Source: Podospora anserina (taxonomy: Eukaryota). Taken from it: a stretch of 64,000 nt of DNA. Under the pieces are notes generated by a model. It saw nothing but the letters and a program-made list of their open reading frames with translations. It was not told the DNA's origin and ran no database searches. Of the stretch, positions 26,791 to 38,967 are shown one piece after another. The stretch is from NCBI GenBank assembly GCA_017654855.1, contig CM030333.1, forward strand, positions 1,612,001 through 1,676,000, in the 5' to 3' direction. The stretch's first letter is position 1. Each line of letters begins with the position of its first letter. Made by a program: the position numbers and the translations under genes.

Positions 26791-29710
26791 TTCAAGCAAG
26801 CCGCGAGGAAACGAAAAGAAAATCGTGAGCGAAGGAAGAGATGGTGGGTGGGTGGTCGTGAGTGAACCAAGGAAGACTGATGAATCCGAAAAGTTGCTCG
26901 ATATGGTCTTGCTTGGTTCCAAAAACGAAAGATGGTTGGGAAGAAAAGAAACTCGACAGAGCAGAGAAAAGGCTTCTGATTCATACCTGGTCGGGACTTG
27001 TATGTTCTGAAGTCTGCTGTTGTTCTGACCCTTGAGTGGTGTTCCAAAGCAGATGGGGCTGATTGCGATGAAAACAGCCAATTGGTACCCGATGCCAGCT
27101 GTCAGGGTGGGAGTGAGATGGGATTGGAGCTTCTCTCATGAATGGCTGTGTGGAAGCAAGTGGGAAGTATTGTGGAGGAGTGAGAGCAAGTCGTCCAAGT
27201 GGGAACTGTGGGAGCAAAATGTCCTGCAGGTGATGGCTGTCGTGGCTGTCTGGGATGGATCTCATCGACCCAGCTATCAGCACAAGGCGGGCGAGATCAA
27301 CCAATGGCCTTGGACATCCGAGGGAACAATTGGACAATGACCAGTCTGAATAAAGCAACAAACAAAGAGTGGCCTTCAGTTGACAGAACTAGCACGAGAA
27401 GGGCCCGTTGAGTACAGCGGTTCGGCCCAGAGTTTCCACTGTTTGAAAGAAAAGAGGCTTGGAGAAAAAAGGACACCGGCTGAACCCTAAAACGCCAACC
27501 ACTTTGACACTGCTTCTGATATCGGAAAAGGAATTGAATGGGCAGATGATCTCTTCCATTGCATGAAGTGAGTGAGCGTGTAAGTGTGTAGTTCCCGTCG
27601 TGATGCCCCACACGTCAAATGACAGTGACAATGACACACCCTGCCCTGCCCTGCCTTGGCCTGCCATGGGACAGGCCCCGCATATGCCATGGAATTCACA
27701 TGGGGGATCCGGTGTGTAAGTTTGCTCAGAATGGCAACACCTTTCTGTTCGATGTCGAATCGAGGCCCAACCGATGCCCCGTGTTGGTGGGAACTGACAC
27801 GGAATACCAGGCCGTTGGGTAGCTCGAAAACCCGGAAAATGCAGGTTGCGGGCTGCCTGACCCGCACCAGATCAGCCCAAGATCTTTTTGCTTTGTCTCT
27901 CGGTATATACAGAGACAAGCAGTACGTTATGAGATGGCCAACCACGTAGCAGGCCTCGCTGCTGACCATGAATGGCCGTCGAATTCGACCCGACCCAGCG
28001 AGACGCAGAGGGCCTGCCAAGACCACCATGCCGCTGCCCCGCTACGATGCGAGCAGCCTCATCTCTGCCCCGCCATTCGCACATGTCTCTGCTCACTTTT
28101 TTTTATATGCGTCTGTTGTCCACAGGCTGCAGACCATTGTTCTTACGTGGACGCGCAGATGGCTTCTTATTCTGCTTCTTGTTTAGTCCGCCCGTTGCAG
28201 CAGTCACTGGCCTACTCACTACTCACTTACAGCAAGATCAGCAACGGCTCAGCCTCCGAAGCGCCCAAGACAGCGGAACAGCGGACAGCGGGTGGAGCGG
28301 GCACCAAAACCGCCCAGAACCAGCCCCACTGTCAGATGTTCCCGCCCCTGTTGAAACAAACAGCGTGTTGTTTCAGCTTGTGGGAACCGCTGACAGATTT
28401 CGTCATTGCGCTTCTCTCGACTATAATCATCACCAGTGACTCAGTTGATGACTTTGTCTCCTGGATTGTCTGCAGAAGTTTAGTCTGATGATGACTGGAG
28501 ATACCCACAGGTCCGGTAGGCACTCATCGATGAGATGAACGGCGCTCAGAGCTACTTAGCGTGATGCTTGCCTTAAAACGCCGAGATCCGCTCACACAAA
28601 GGCCCGGGCATCTCGACGACCACCTAACCACACCATCATGGCCGTCTTTCGGTGAGGTTCGGGAGATCCTCCCTTCTTACCGCCCAGCCAAGAAGCCATC
28701 AATAATTCCCCGACTCTTGCATGGAAACAGTCGACCAGACCTTCAGCCATCGACAAAGCCATATCACACGTTCGAAGACGTTTGGTCCCATACAGGATAT
28801 ATCCCGTATATCCCGTATCAAGCTGGCCTGGCTCTCGTGATTGGTCTGCCCATTGATCTCCAGATCCACTTGGATGTTTCGAGCCGCTCAACAAGGGACC
28901 CTCGTGCTTCGGGACGGTCTTCCACATGGCTTCCTTTGAAGGTCGATTCCGAACATCGCCCATTGTTTTCTGTCTCCAGAACTCTCTTGTCTTGATGCCT
29001 CAGTGATATCCGTTCTTTGCCTACCACTCGTCTCTTTGTTAACGGCTATCGCCACTGGAAACTGGCAGCAGCGGGTAAGCACCTCTAGCTGCATCCCCAC
29101 ATCTGCCACAACCACTTCAGCTGAGTGGGTGGTGGTCTATTGTCGCACACACCTCTTTGATTCTCCTTGGCCGGCCCCAACCCCTCGTTTCGACCCTTCA
29201 CCCCGACCGACAAGGACTCAACGTTCCATCGGGGTCGTCAACCGTTACCCCTGAACAGCGACCCGGCTCCCGAATCTGATCTTGGTGATCTTTCTTGGAC
29301 GGGGAAAGCAAAACTGCCATCCCATCTTACCGCCTCTTGAATCCCCAAGCTTTTACCAGGCGGGGTGGTGATCTTTCTTGAAACGACAGACCCGGTCCCC
29401 TTGACCTCTGCCCCTTTCGCCGCAGCCTCGCAGGAAGATCCGGCCAGCTGTCGAAGCTTTCTTTATTTACATACCCTTCTCCTGCTCCTTTCTTCGTTTC
29501 TGCTTTCCCTTCTCGCTACCACCCGCAGCAGCAAGCAATCCCCAACGCTGCCCGCCGAAGGAGACAGCTTCGCCTCTTACGAGTCCACTTGCTGAGCCGC
29601 ACAGTATCGGTCTACAGCTCGACCAGCACTGAGCCTCACGGTGCCAGTCCCAACTCGACCTCCAACCTCACCTTACCATACCTACCAACTCCCCCATCTC
29701 AACCATCACA

Positions 29711-30602
29711 ATGTCCCAACCCCCCAACCCCCGCCCAGGCCTAGGCCTCTTCACCCGAGGCCTCTCCTCCCTCTCCCAATCAACCACAGACCCCAACTCG
29801 CCCTCCGTCACCACCCCCGCCGAGCAACGCGACGACGCCAAACGAAACTTCCTCAAAGCCATGCGTCCCCTCCCCACCCAGCACTACTGGAACGTCTGGT
29901 TCGACCGCCCCCCCACCCCCACCAACCCAGGGGAGGAGTACCACTCCAACCTGGAACAACTCGGCACAACCATCGAGTCGGTCCAGGACTTTTGGCGCTA
30001 CGCAAACAACACCCCCGTCGACCAGATCCGGATGAAAGAGTCCATTTACCTGTTCAAGGTGGGGTTCAAGCCGATCTGGGAAGACAGGAGAAACATCCTG
30101 GGAGGGTCGTGGACGTTCAGAGTGCCAAAGGGGAACGGGCCGGATGTTTGGACGAGGGTGCAGTTGTTGGCTGTAGGGGAGAAGTTGCAGAGTGTGCTTG
30201 AGGAGGGTAAGCTCCCCTTTCCTTCCCAACAATTCCATACAAAATGTGCTGACGTGGATGAAACAAAATATAGGTGACCAAATCTGCGGTGTCGGCCTCT
30301 CGGTCAGATTCAACTCCCATCTCATCTCCATCTGGCACAGAGACTCCTCCAAGAAAAAGTCCATCGACGCCATGCTGGAGTGCGTGCTCGAGGAGCTCCC
30401 TCCTGAGCTCACCCCCAAGCCGGACAACTACTTTTACAAGAAGCACTCTGATCATGCCGGGTTCAAAGTGCCGCCCGAGTTGCAGGCCGTGATTGATTCC
30501 CAGAAGGCGAGGGAGAAGGCCGCTGCTGAGAAGGCTGCTCAGGGGGTCCAGGCTGTGGCTGGGGAGGCGCCCGAGATTAGGGAGGTGCCGCCTTCTTCTT
30601 GA
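29711..30602 (+). CDS. Non-canonical eIF4E family cap-binding protein (class II/III-like)
   Basis: LPTQHYWNVWFD, SVQDFW, YLFK.GFKPIWED..N..GGSW and ICGVGLSVRFNSHLISIW. Intron 30207-30273. Confidence 0.92.
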
Positions 30603-31137
30603 GGAATGGAATGGGTGACAAAGATGTTTAGTTTGGTCTAGTTTCGTGCATCTAGTGCGGCGTTTGGCATGATTTCGATTACGTGAAGAAATAAAAAAAT
30701 CCCGTGAAGGGTCGGTATTTTCCTCGTTTGAGAGGTGAATATGTACAGATAAAGCATTTGAAGTTATCTTCCGGTTCATCTCGCCAATATGGCTCTCCCC
30801 GGTACCAGCTTGTAGCTATGTGTAAGCTAGGCGTGTGACCCTCCCCAATCCCAATCCTCGGCACAGCTTTCATCAGCAGCATTCTTCGAGCTGTTGAGGT
30901 TTCTCGTTTTGCTCAGTGCCAACAGATGTCCCCAAGGTGCTGCTCCCTCCCCTCCTCGTATCTTCTTGGCTCGACCTTCCTTGCTTGCTCCCTGAAGAGC
31001 AGTTGCGTCTTTGTGGTCGGTCTCGCTTTTCATCAACATGCCCTCCAGAGCCTCTCTAATCCCAAGCCTCTCTCTCGGCCATCTCTGTCTTGAGCCTTTT
31101 TTCGCCTTATCTCCCCTAACCAACCCTCCCCCAATCA

Positions 31138-31778
31138 TCACCTCCAAACCCCCGCCCTCCTCATAACCCCCTCAAACTCCTCCTTCCTAACCCCCCTCCC
31201 CACCCCCGCACCCCCATTCGCCTCAAGTATCATATCCCTCAACACCTCCTCGCTCACCTCCTCCTCCATCTTCAACAACTTGGCCACCTTTTTCAAACTC
31301 GCCAACGTAATCGCATTCGACCCGTTGCTCGCAAAAAGCCCAAACGCCTCGTCCACCTCGGCCATGTGTTCCTCTGAAGAGTGCGACTTGTTGTGTATCT
31401 TGAGCGCGCAGACGGCGAAGAAGTTGGGAAAAGTGGCGTAGCCGAGCTCTTCGTCTGGGTCGAGGATAGAGAGAAGGTCCGCTAGTTCCGAGGGGGAGGT
31501 CGGGGGGAGGCCGAGGGCACTATGCACGTCAGCGAGAAGGGATGGGATATGGAAAAAGGAAACATACATCAACGCCCTCCTAACATCATGAGTAGGAATA
31601 ACCCCCTCCCTCCCCTCCCCCTCCATCGGCTCCGCAAACAGGCTGAACGCCTCTCTTATCTCTGCCTCTTCCTGAGGCGTGACGTTGTGCTCTTTTGCGA
31701 GGCGGGATTGTTTGGGTGGCTGTTCACACACCATCATCAGCACCGTTTCCAACAAAGAACAGGAGATATCCGTACCAT
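31138..31778 (-). CDS. Centrin/calmodulin-like EF-hand protein (degenerate EF loops)
   Basis: First exon is ATG only (31776-31778), intron 31720-31775, second intron 31520-31567. EEAEIREAFSLF, EVDEAFGLF, ITLASLKKVA, LRDMILEAN and EEFEGVM. Confidence 0.85.
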
Positions 31779-32507
31779 TTTGACTTTTACTCCCCCCTTT
31801 CCCACCTGTTGTAACGATATTAAAGGCAGTAACAATCTCGGAAATCGCTTGCGACAAACTCGCGCCTTGTCGCGATCACTCGAGCTCGCTGGCAGCGATA
31901 GCTTAGAGTGGAGAGCCACAATCGACAGTGGAGCGAACAAAGTGGGGCCAAAAATCGCGGTTTCCTCGCCTGGTCACGTGAAGCATCCACTAAACCAAAA
32001 AAAAAAAAAAAAAAAAAAAAGCGAACCATAAAATCCGAGTTTCTTTGCAAGCAGAATTCTCTCCTGGACATCAACAGACTTCCCCGGCCAGCAGAATTCC
32101 AAACGCAATGCTGGCTTCTCTAGAATCCTCTCATGTCGTTTACTTCATACCGATATTCAATCACAGGATCGTCGAGAAAACGGTAGGTCTCTCATTTTCT
32201 TTTTTTTATTTCTACTCAACAAAACGCTTCAAAATTTGCTAGAGCTTGTCGTCTCCAACATATCCCAGGACGAATCAAGTGTGGACAGTGAAGCAATATT
32301 AAAACACAAAACATGCCATTCCCGTTGGAATCGTATGTCCTGGGGCTCCTGCGTCTCGTCTCTTGAAAGGCGGGGTGATTGGGGTCAAAGGAGACATTTA
32401 TTTGCCTAGAAATCAATAATTTTGATTGCAACTAGAGTTTATGTGTTTGAGGCTCCCTACAAGCTATCAACTCCTGCTTGCCTGCTCGTGACTCGACTCT
32501 TGCCCAC

Positions 32508-33589
32508 TCACTTGAAGTTATTCTTCATCTCCCTGAGCTTCGTCATGATAGCAATCGGGTCCGTCTCCCCAGTTGCCTTTTGGATGGCGGGGTCTTGCGG
32601 TCTCATAAAGACGTTGTGTTGCTGGGCATGTTAGCATCCTGATTCATGTCTGGGAAGAGAAAACACACCTTCTCATCCCCAATCGTAAACTTCCCCTGCG
32701 TCTCCTTGCAATCATCCGCAAACGCCTCCAGCGCCCTCACAGCCTCGCTCTGGAGAACCGACACCCCGAATTTAACATTCGACTTGGTGTACTCATGTCC
32801 GGGCTGTCCCATCATTAGCACCCACCCCCAACACCACCCAGGAAGAGGCACTCACATAAACCCTAACATCATCCCCCACCCCCGCCAAAACCACATTCAA
32901 CGCCTCATGCATCTCCTCCCCCGTCCCCTCAAAAAACCTCCCGCAACCCCCGATGAAGAGCGTGTCCCCCGTGAAAATCACCTTGTCCCCCGTCTCCTTG
33001 TCCTCCATCAAGTAACAGATGCTATCCTGGGTGTGGCACGGCGTGTGCAAGGCCTTGACTTTGATGTTCTCCCCAATGGTAAAAGTCTCGTTATGGGCCG
33101 GGGTCTTGGTGACGTGGGCGCAGTCCCGGCCGCCGATAATAGGGAGTTTGGAGGGGAGCTTCGAGAGGAGGGCTTCGTTGCCTCCGGCGTGGTCACGGTG
33201 GCTATATGCTGGGGGTTAGTAGATGCCGGTGGAGTGTAAACAGGGAGATATGTACTGACTGGTGGGTATTGACGATAGCAGTGAGGTTAATCTCTTTGTT
33301 CGCGATAGCTTCTTCGAGGACGGGGAGGACTCTGCCTCTGTTGGTGGCTGTTCATGATAAAAAAGGGAGGGAAGGGTAAAAACGTACTCGGGGGGATTGG
33401 CCGGGTCGATAATGACTGCGTCTTTGGACTTATCGTCTACCACCAAATAGGCGTAGTTGTCGCCCCCTTTATAACCACACTCATCATCAGTAATTGCCCT
33501 CCCCTTCCACCGTCCCCCCGCCCCCAAAAAAAAAAAAAAATTCAACAAAGTTGAGGAGACATACACATAGGAATAGACCGGATATGCAT
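32508..33589 (-). CDS. GLO2: Hydroxyacylglutathione hydrolase (glyoxalase II)
   Basis: MHIRSIPMW|GDNYAYL, THHHRDHAGGN metallo-beta-lactamase motif, TPCHT, FTGDTLFIGGCGRFFEG, PGHEYT and EMKNNFK*. Five introns. Confidence 0.95.
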
Positions 33590-33969
33590 CTTGCGGTATG
33601 TTGGCTATTCTCAACTCATCAGTAACCTCCTTCCCATCCCATCTCTCACCCGCTCGAGAAACTCACAGTGTTCACCACCGGGAAAAAGCTCTTCTTATGG
33701 CTCTGAAAAATAACACGCCTTGCTGCGTTGAAAGCGTTCATGAGTGTGATACACAAACCAAAACACCGCTGAATTTGCAGTGAACATATAGCAGTGAAAG
33801 TTGAGAGACTCAAAAGTAAGAGGGGTACTTGACACTTCATGACGTTATCACCAATTCCCGCCCCTCTAATTGGACCGATTACCAATCCACTGAGAAACAC
33901 TGTCTATTTAGCAGCTTGCACGTGACCACCCTCTTCGTACTCATTTTTCCGGGGGGTATCAGTATCTAT

Positions 33970-34980
33970 TTACACAACCCCGATGGGCTTGGGAACCCAT
34001 TCCTTTTCGTCATACAACACCCAGCTTGGCGAAGACTGTTGCCGTTGTTGTTCTCTGGGCGGCTGCTGGATAGTTGTTGGCTCCGGTACAGCTTCCACCT
34101 CTGCCTCTGCCATCTTGACGTCCTCGGTGGTCCCGAGTACTGTTTCCCGCATCTTAGATATGCTGTCTGATCCTTCAACCACCAACCCCTCCCCTTGTTC
34201 CTCCAACAACCTCGAAAGCGCCATCCCCCGCCTAACAACCTTCCCATCCGACGTCCCCCCAGCAACCTTTTCCACCACCATTTTCACCACCCCCCTCTCA
34301 CACCCCCTGATCTGCTCCCAAAGTATATCCCGTCTAATCCTCTCCCCCACCGTGTCCCCCAGCTCCAAATACCTCTTCACCAGCCCCTCGACCTTTTCTT
34401 TCCCCCCTATACCCCCCTTCCCCTCCACCCCCTCCATCTCCATCTCCATCTCCATCTCCATCTCCATCTCCATCTCCATCTCCATCTCCTCCCCATCCCC
34501 CCCTTCCAACCTCCCCCAATAATACTGATAAATCCACCCCAACCCCTCCTCCACCCCCCTCCTCAACCTCCCCAACCCAGGCATACCCTCATGAACACCC
34601 GCATGCCTCAGCTCCACAAACTTCGCCGGCAACCCCACCCCCCTCGCAAGATCAAACATACTCTGCTTCCTAACCTTATCCTGACACCCATCCAGCAACC
34701 CAGTCACAAACCTCCCAAAAGCAGCCACATACGCCGCCCTCAACGTGCTAGTGTTCGTGTCCCCCGCCTGATCAGACAATATCACCGCCGTCAGAAGCGC
34801 AGTCGACTCCACCAAATGCGGGCACGAGCCGCGGTGCGTATAAAGCGCCACTCTGTCAACCGCTTCCTGCTTTTGCTGGGTGGCGATCTCGAGGGGGAGG
34901 GAAGGGGGGGGGTAGAATTGGGAGCGGAGGGAGAGGAGGGAGGAGCGGGAGGGGTAGGGGGTGTGGATGTATTGCACCAT
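33970..34980 (-). CDS. LAS1: Las1 HEPN endoribonuclease (ITS2 processing)
   Basis: Start taken at MVQYIHTPY. RGSCPHLVESTALL, RFVTGLLD, SMFDLA..GLP..FVELRHAGVH (HEPN RxxxxH), YYW and C-terminal WVPKPIG. Confidence 0.9.
   Translation of the reverse strand: MVQYIHTPYPSRSSLLSLRSQFYPPPSLPLEIATQQKQEAVDRVALYTHRGSCPHLVESTALLTAVILSDQAGDTNTSTLRAAYVAAFGRFVTGLLDGCQDKVRKQSMFDLARGVGLPAKFVELRHAGVHEGMPGLGRLRRGVEEGLGWIYQYYWGRLEGGDGEEMEMEMEMEMEMEMEMEMEGVEGKGGIGGKEKVEGLVKRYLELGDTVGERIRRDILWEQIRGCERGVVKMVVEKVAGGTSDGKVVRRGMALSRLLEEQGEGLVVEGSDSISKMRETVLGTTEDVKMAEAEVEAVPEPTTIQQPPREQQRQQSSPSWVLYDEKEWVPKPIGVV
34432..34488. repeat. (CTCCAT)n coding hexamer repeat encoding poly(Glu-Met) in LAS1
   Basis: About 9 units; the translation reads EMEMEMEMEMEMEMEMEME. 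Confidence 0.92.
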
Positions 34981-35502
34981 TTTTTTTCCCTTCCCCTTTT
35001 GGTTGCTGGAAATACGGTGTGTGAAATGATACGAGCGATGTAAGCAAAGAAGGATGTAAACGTTGGTTGAGAGATGGGTGATGATGGAGAGTGGTAGAGG
35101 TGGTGGTGGTGAGTGAGACGTGAGATGTAAAGTCAAAATTTTGCTCGCATGGCGGAAAATTGTGAGTAAAAGCGACGACCCCAATGGGAAAATGAGGTCT
35201 AAGTCGCTGCACGACACCAATACTCTCGACGCATGAAATTCAACTGAGTGAAAACAAAAAGTTTCACTTCTTGTTGAACAGGTCATGTACTTCTCATTGC
35301 AGCAAATGCTCTCACTCACATCACTCATCTCATCACTCACCCACTCAGCTCAGCTCAGCTCAGCTCAGCTCAGCTCAGCTCATGCATCATCAAATGAAAT
35401 CATCATTCATCGTCCGTCTATAAACATTGCTACCACTTTTTTTCTGTTCCCTTTCTACCCGTATCTCATTTCCGGGTTTCACTTCTTTTTTCGACCTCAT
35501 GT

Positions 35503-37064
35503 CTAAGAAATAGTCTTCTCAACCATAGTAATCCCATACTTCACCTCCAACTCCCTCATCAACGGCTCGCAAATCTCCCAGCTCATCGGCGCCAACACCC
35601 CCTTCTGGCTAATCTTCCCCTCCAACACCTGCTTCACCGCCACCGCGCAGGGCACACCCACCGTCTTCGCCATCGCCGAGTACCCCCCAACAACACCATA
35701 CTCGCACAGCGTGCTCGTCCTCGTCTCCCTGCTCCCATCCGCATGCTCAATCTCAAACTTGTGCTGCAGCATCACCAGATCCCTCTCCTTCTCCTCATAC
35801 TGCATCTTCTTCTCCAACGTCGCGCAAAGCGTATCCAACGGGTTGCCCTTGGGAGTGATAGCCTCATCAGAAAACAGCCCGATCCACTTCAACCCGCTCA
35901 CAATCCTCTTCTTGTCCTCCTCACTCTCAAAGCTCGCCTTGGCAAGAATGGTCTTCTCCAAATCCTCAGCAGACGTAGACGGCGCCCCAATGACAGCCTG
36001 CGTGGCCTCCTTCCAAGAAACAGGCCTGCTCAGGATATCAAGCGGGGTCTCCTCCAAAAACCCAATGTCCACCAACACCTTGATGAACTGAGGGAAACCC
36101 TGGTACCTCAGCGTCCCTCTCACCACCGTCTGCGCCTCGGGAATGTTGTACCTCTCCTTGTAAATAGTGCTGTCCCTGTTGGGATAAGCCACAAACGCGA
36201 AACCCGGATAGATAAAATACGGCTTGGCCGTCTTCATCAAATCCTTCCCCTGCACCTCCACCACCTCCCCGTCCTGCCACCACTTGCCCGTGTTCCTCAG
36301 CGCCAGCAGCACACCCCTCGACGACCAAGAGAACTTGTACCCCAACGGGTTATCACTATCCTCCGGCGCAGGGAGACCACCGCAGTAGCTCAAGAAGCTC
36401 AAAATCTTGCCGCCGGCCTTGTGAACTTCATCAATAGTCTTGATGGCGTACAAATGATCAATGCCGGGATCGAGGCCAATCTCGTTCATGACAGTGATAC
36501 CCGCCGCCTTGGCCTCGGCGTCGAGCTCCATCATGGCGGGGGAGACATACGAGGTGGTGACGACATTCTTCTTGTTGCGGATGGCCGACTTGATGACGGT
36601 GGCGTGGAAGGTGTAAGGAATCAGGGAGATGACGAGGTCGTGCTTGGCGACTTCGGCGTCGAGGGCCGTGGGGTCCGAGACGTCGAGGGAGATGGGGGTG
36701 GCGTTGGAGACGCCCGAGGAGAGGGATTGGGCTGTGGCCAGAGTGCGGCAGGCTAAGGGGAGACGGAAAAGTTAGAGGTTTGGTTTGGTGGGGAAGTTGG
36801 ATACGAGAGCAGACAGAAATAACATACCGACGGTCACGGGGATGCCGGCCTGGCTGAGGACGTCAAGAGTCGGGCGGGTGACGAACCCGGCGCCGAGCAT
36901 GAGAACCTTGCTACATTGAGAGTTAGTATTATGGCTTCAAATGATTGGGTTTATCACATCGTGATGTTTTGGTCGGTTGGAAGGCTGGGTAGGGATCACG
37001 AGGTGGTTCACGGTGGGGCAAACACAAGATATCAATGGTGTTGAACTTACTGTTGAGAAGCCAT
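35503..37064 (-). CDS. LYS9: Saccharopine dehydrogenase (NADP+, L-glutamate-forming; saccharopine reductase)
   Basis: MASQH|KVLMLGAGFV, ISLIPYTFH, TTSYVSP, NEIGLDPGIDH, SYCGGLP, GYKFSWS, YPNRDS and RGTLRY. Introns 36911-37050 and 36753-36827. Confidence 0.97.
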
Positions 37065-37161
37065 CTTGATCTTTTCCGTGGTAACTCTTGTGAGGTGTTC
37101 AGAGTTCTCCCCCAGTTGCTAAAACAAGACAAAAAGTTGAAGCTTGAGAAAACAAGTCGGT

Positions 37162-37168
37162 TGACTCA
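37162..37168. promoter_or_regulatory. Gcn4/CPC-1 response element TGACTCA upstream of LYS9
   Basis: Perfect TGACTCA about 98 bp upstream of the ATG of an amino-acid biosynthetic gene. Confidence 0.7.
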
Positions 37169-37833
37169 CTTGCCGTGTGTTACAACCTGCAGCTCTACCT
37201 TATCCACGGCGACTTGTTCCGATAACGGACGCCCAAGGTTTTATCAATTCAACTGAGGGGTTGAGGGGCAAACTTTCTGGGGACAGCTTCTGGGGTTGTG
37301 GGGTAGCAAAAATGGGCTGGCTTGCCATTGGTTGCCGACTTGTGTTTTTTCACTGTTCGTGTTTCCCCTTACCCCCTGAATTTTAGCTCCGCAATAGCCA
37401 AATGTTTGTAAGCAGCCATCATCATCACTTCTGGGGATCACATACGCATTATTTGGAACAATGGCTATTGCCGAATCAAACCTCTTAGTCCTTTCTTGAA
37501 TTTGTCGGCAAAAAAGGCCAAAAAGAAAAAAAAGAAAAAAAAGCCTAATGATACAAAGTCGTGTACACTAGGTACCTTTTACACATCTTGTGTGTATGCC
37601 CCTTCCTGTTCTTGTCTTGCCTTCCTCCCAGGAGTCGTGAGACTCAATCCCGATATCTCCTCTTCATTGAGTGTAGATGTTCCTCCCATTGCCTTCCCTT
37701 GCTATGCAGTTATACATGCCCGTTAAAGCCAAAACGCCGTGTAAATGCTACCCATATATGCTGTCCCAAAACCTTGCTTCGCTATGCAGTGATGAAATGT
37801 GAAAAGGGAAGAAAGAAAAAAAGTACAACAATA

Positions 37834-38967
37834 TTACTCGTCATCACCCTCGCCATCCTCCTCTTCCTCTTCGTCGTCGCTGGCAGGAGGCTCCCAGCTC
37901 TCCTCAAGCTTGAGACCTAGGCCCTTGTTCTCATCGGCAGTGGGAGCAGGCCCACCAAGCAGAGAGAAGATGGTAGACCGGTGCACGTCCGGCTGCGCGT
38001 GGCTGGGAGGGTCATACAGACCCATGCCGTAAAGAATCTCGCCTTCCTCTTCATCCTCGTCCTCCTGAACCTGCACCGCCTGGGCAGAAACAAAGCTCTC
38101 CACCTTGGATGGTGTCGTCTCGAGACTCCCATAGTTGTTGAGGCTGAGCGGTGGAGGGCAGGCAAAGTCCTCTGGTGTGGGAGGAGCAGTGTGCCGTTGT
38201 ACAGGCATCATCATGATGTTGTTGTGAGTGGGACCGGCAGTAGGGTAAGCGTTCCAGCCCATGGCTCCGGTCGTGCCTGGTGGTGCGGGCTGGTACATGG
38301 GGGCCGGTTGCTGGGCCTGAACTTGAGGCGAGTAGAGGGGCTGCTGGGAGCTGAAACTCGAGTACGGAAGAGACAACGGCGAGAATCCTTCCGCGGGAGA
38401 TGCGTAGCCCGAGTAGACCGCCGGTGTTGGTGGCAACTGGTGCATGGTCGCCAGTATCTCGGCCTCGCTGTAGGCCGGGTAGGGCGAGCAGAGCACCGAA
38501 CTGGTTTGTGGTGGGTAAAACTGAGTCTGAGCCGAGTACTGGGGAGAAGGATGCCAGCTGACCGGCCTGGCCCGTCTGACCTCCTGTCCGTAGAAAGACT
38601 CGTTTGAAGCTTCGGGAACTGGGGTGGGAAGATAGGTCGGGTCGACGGCCTGTGGTTGTTGCTGAGGTGGGAATCGTCCGTGGAAACCTTCACCAATCAA
38701 TGTCCTCCTCCTGGACTGCATCGATGATCGGGGGCTGTTGTTGGCACTCCCAGGCTTCGATACCCTCATCGCGTTGTTTGGCCGTTGAGCATATTGTGGT
38801 ACGTGCTGAGAGCACCGTTTCGTGCTGCCGAGTTGCCTCGAGAGCTCGTTGAGCAGGGCCGAGTCAACTGGATAGTCGAGAGGTTGGGGCGCCTGAGGCA
38901 CCTGGTGTTGAGAGAGCTGGTGGGGGAGAACACCTCCCATGTGGGCGTTGAGCATAGCGGGCACCAT
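37834..38967 (-). CDS. Hypothetical Pro/Gln/Ser-rich protein with short conserved-looking motifs
   Basis: 377-aa single-exon ORF with strong start context (CAAC ATG G). Motifs RRARPVSWHP, GEILYGMGLYD and GLGLKLEESWEPP, acidic tail. No function assigned. Confidence 0.8.
   Translation of the reverse strand: MVPAMLNAHMGGVLPHQLSQHQVPQAPQPLDYPVDSALLNELSRQLGSTKRCSQHVPQYAQRPNNAMRVSKPGSANNSPRSSMQSRRRTLIGEGFHGRFPPQQQPQAVDPTYLPTPVPEASNESFYGQEVRRARPVSWHPSPQYSAQTQFYPPQTSSVLCSPYPAYSEAEILATMHQLPPTPAVYSGYASPAEGFSPLSLPYSSFSSQQPLYSPQVQAQQPAPMYQPAPPGTTGAMGWNAYPTAGPTHNNIMMMPVQRHTAPPTPEDFACPPPLSLNNYGSLETTPSKVESFVSAQAVQVQEDEDEEEGEILYGMGLYDPPSHAQPDVHRSTIFSLLGGPAPTADENKGLGLKLEESWEPPASDDEEEEEDGEGDDE

Noticed and set aside
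34981-35340. 120-aa N-terminal extension of LAS1 in the ORF track
   Set aside because: Reads like UTR or promoter sequence; Las1 similarity begins at MVQYIHTP (34980).
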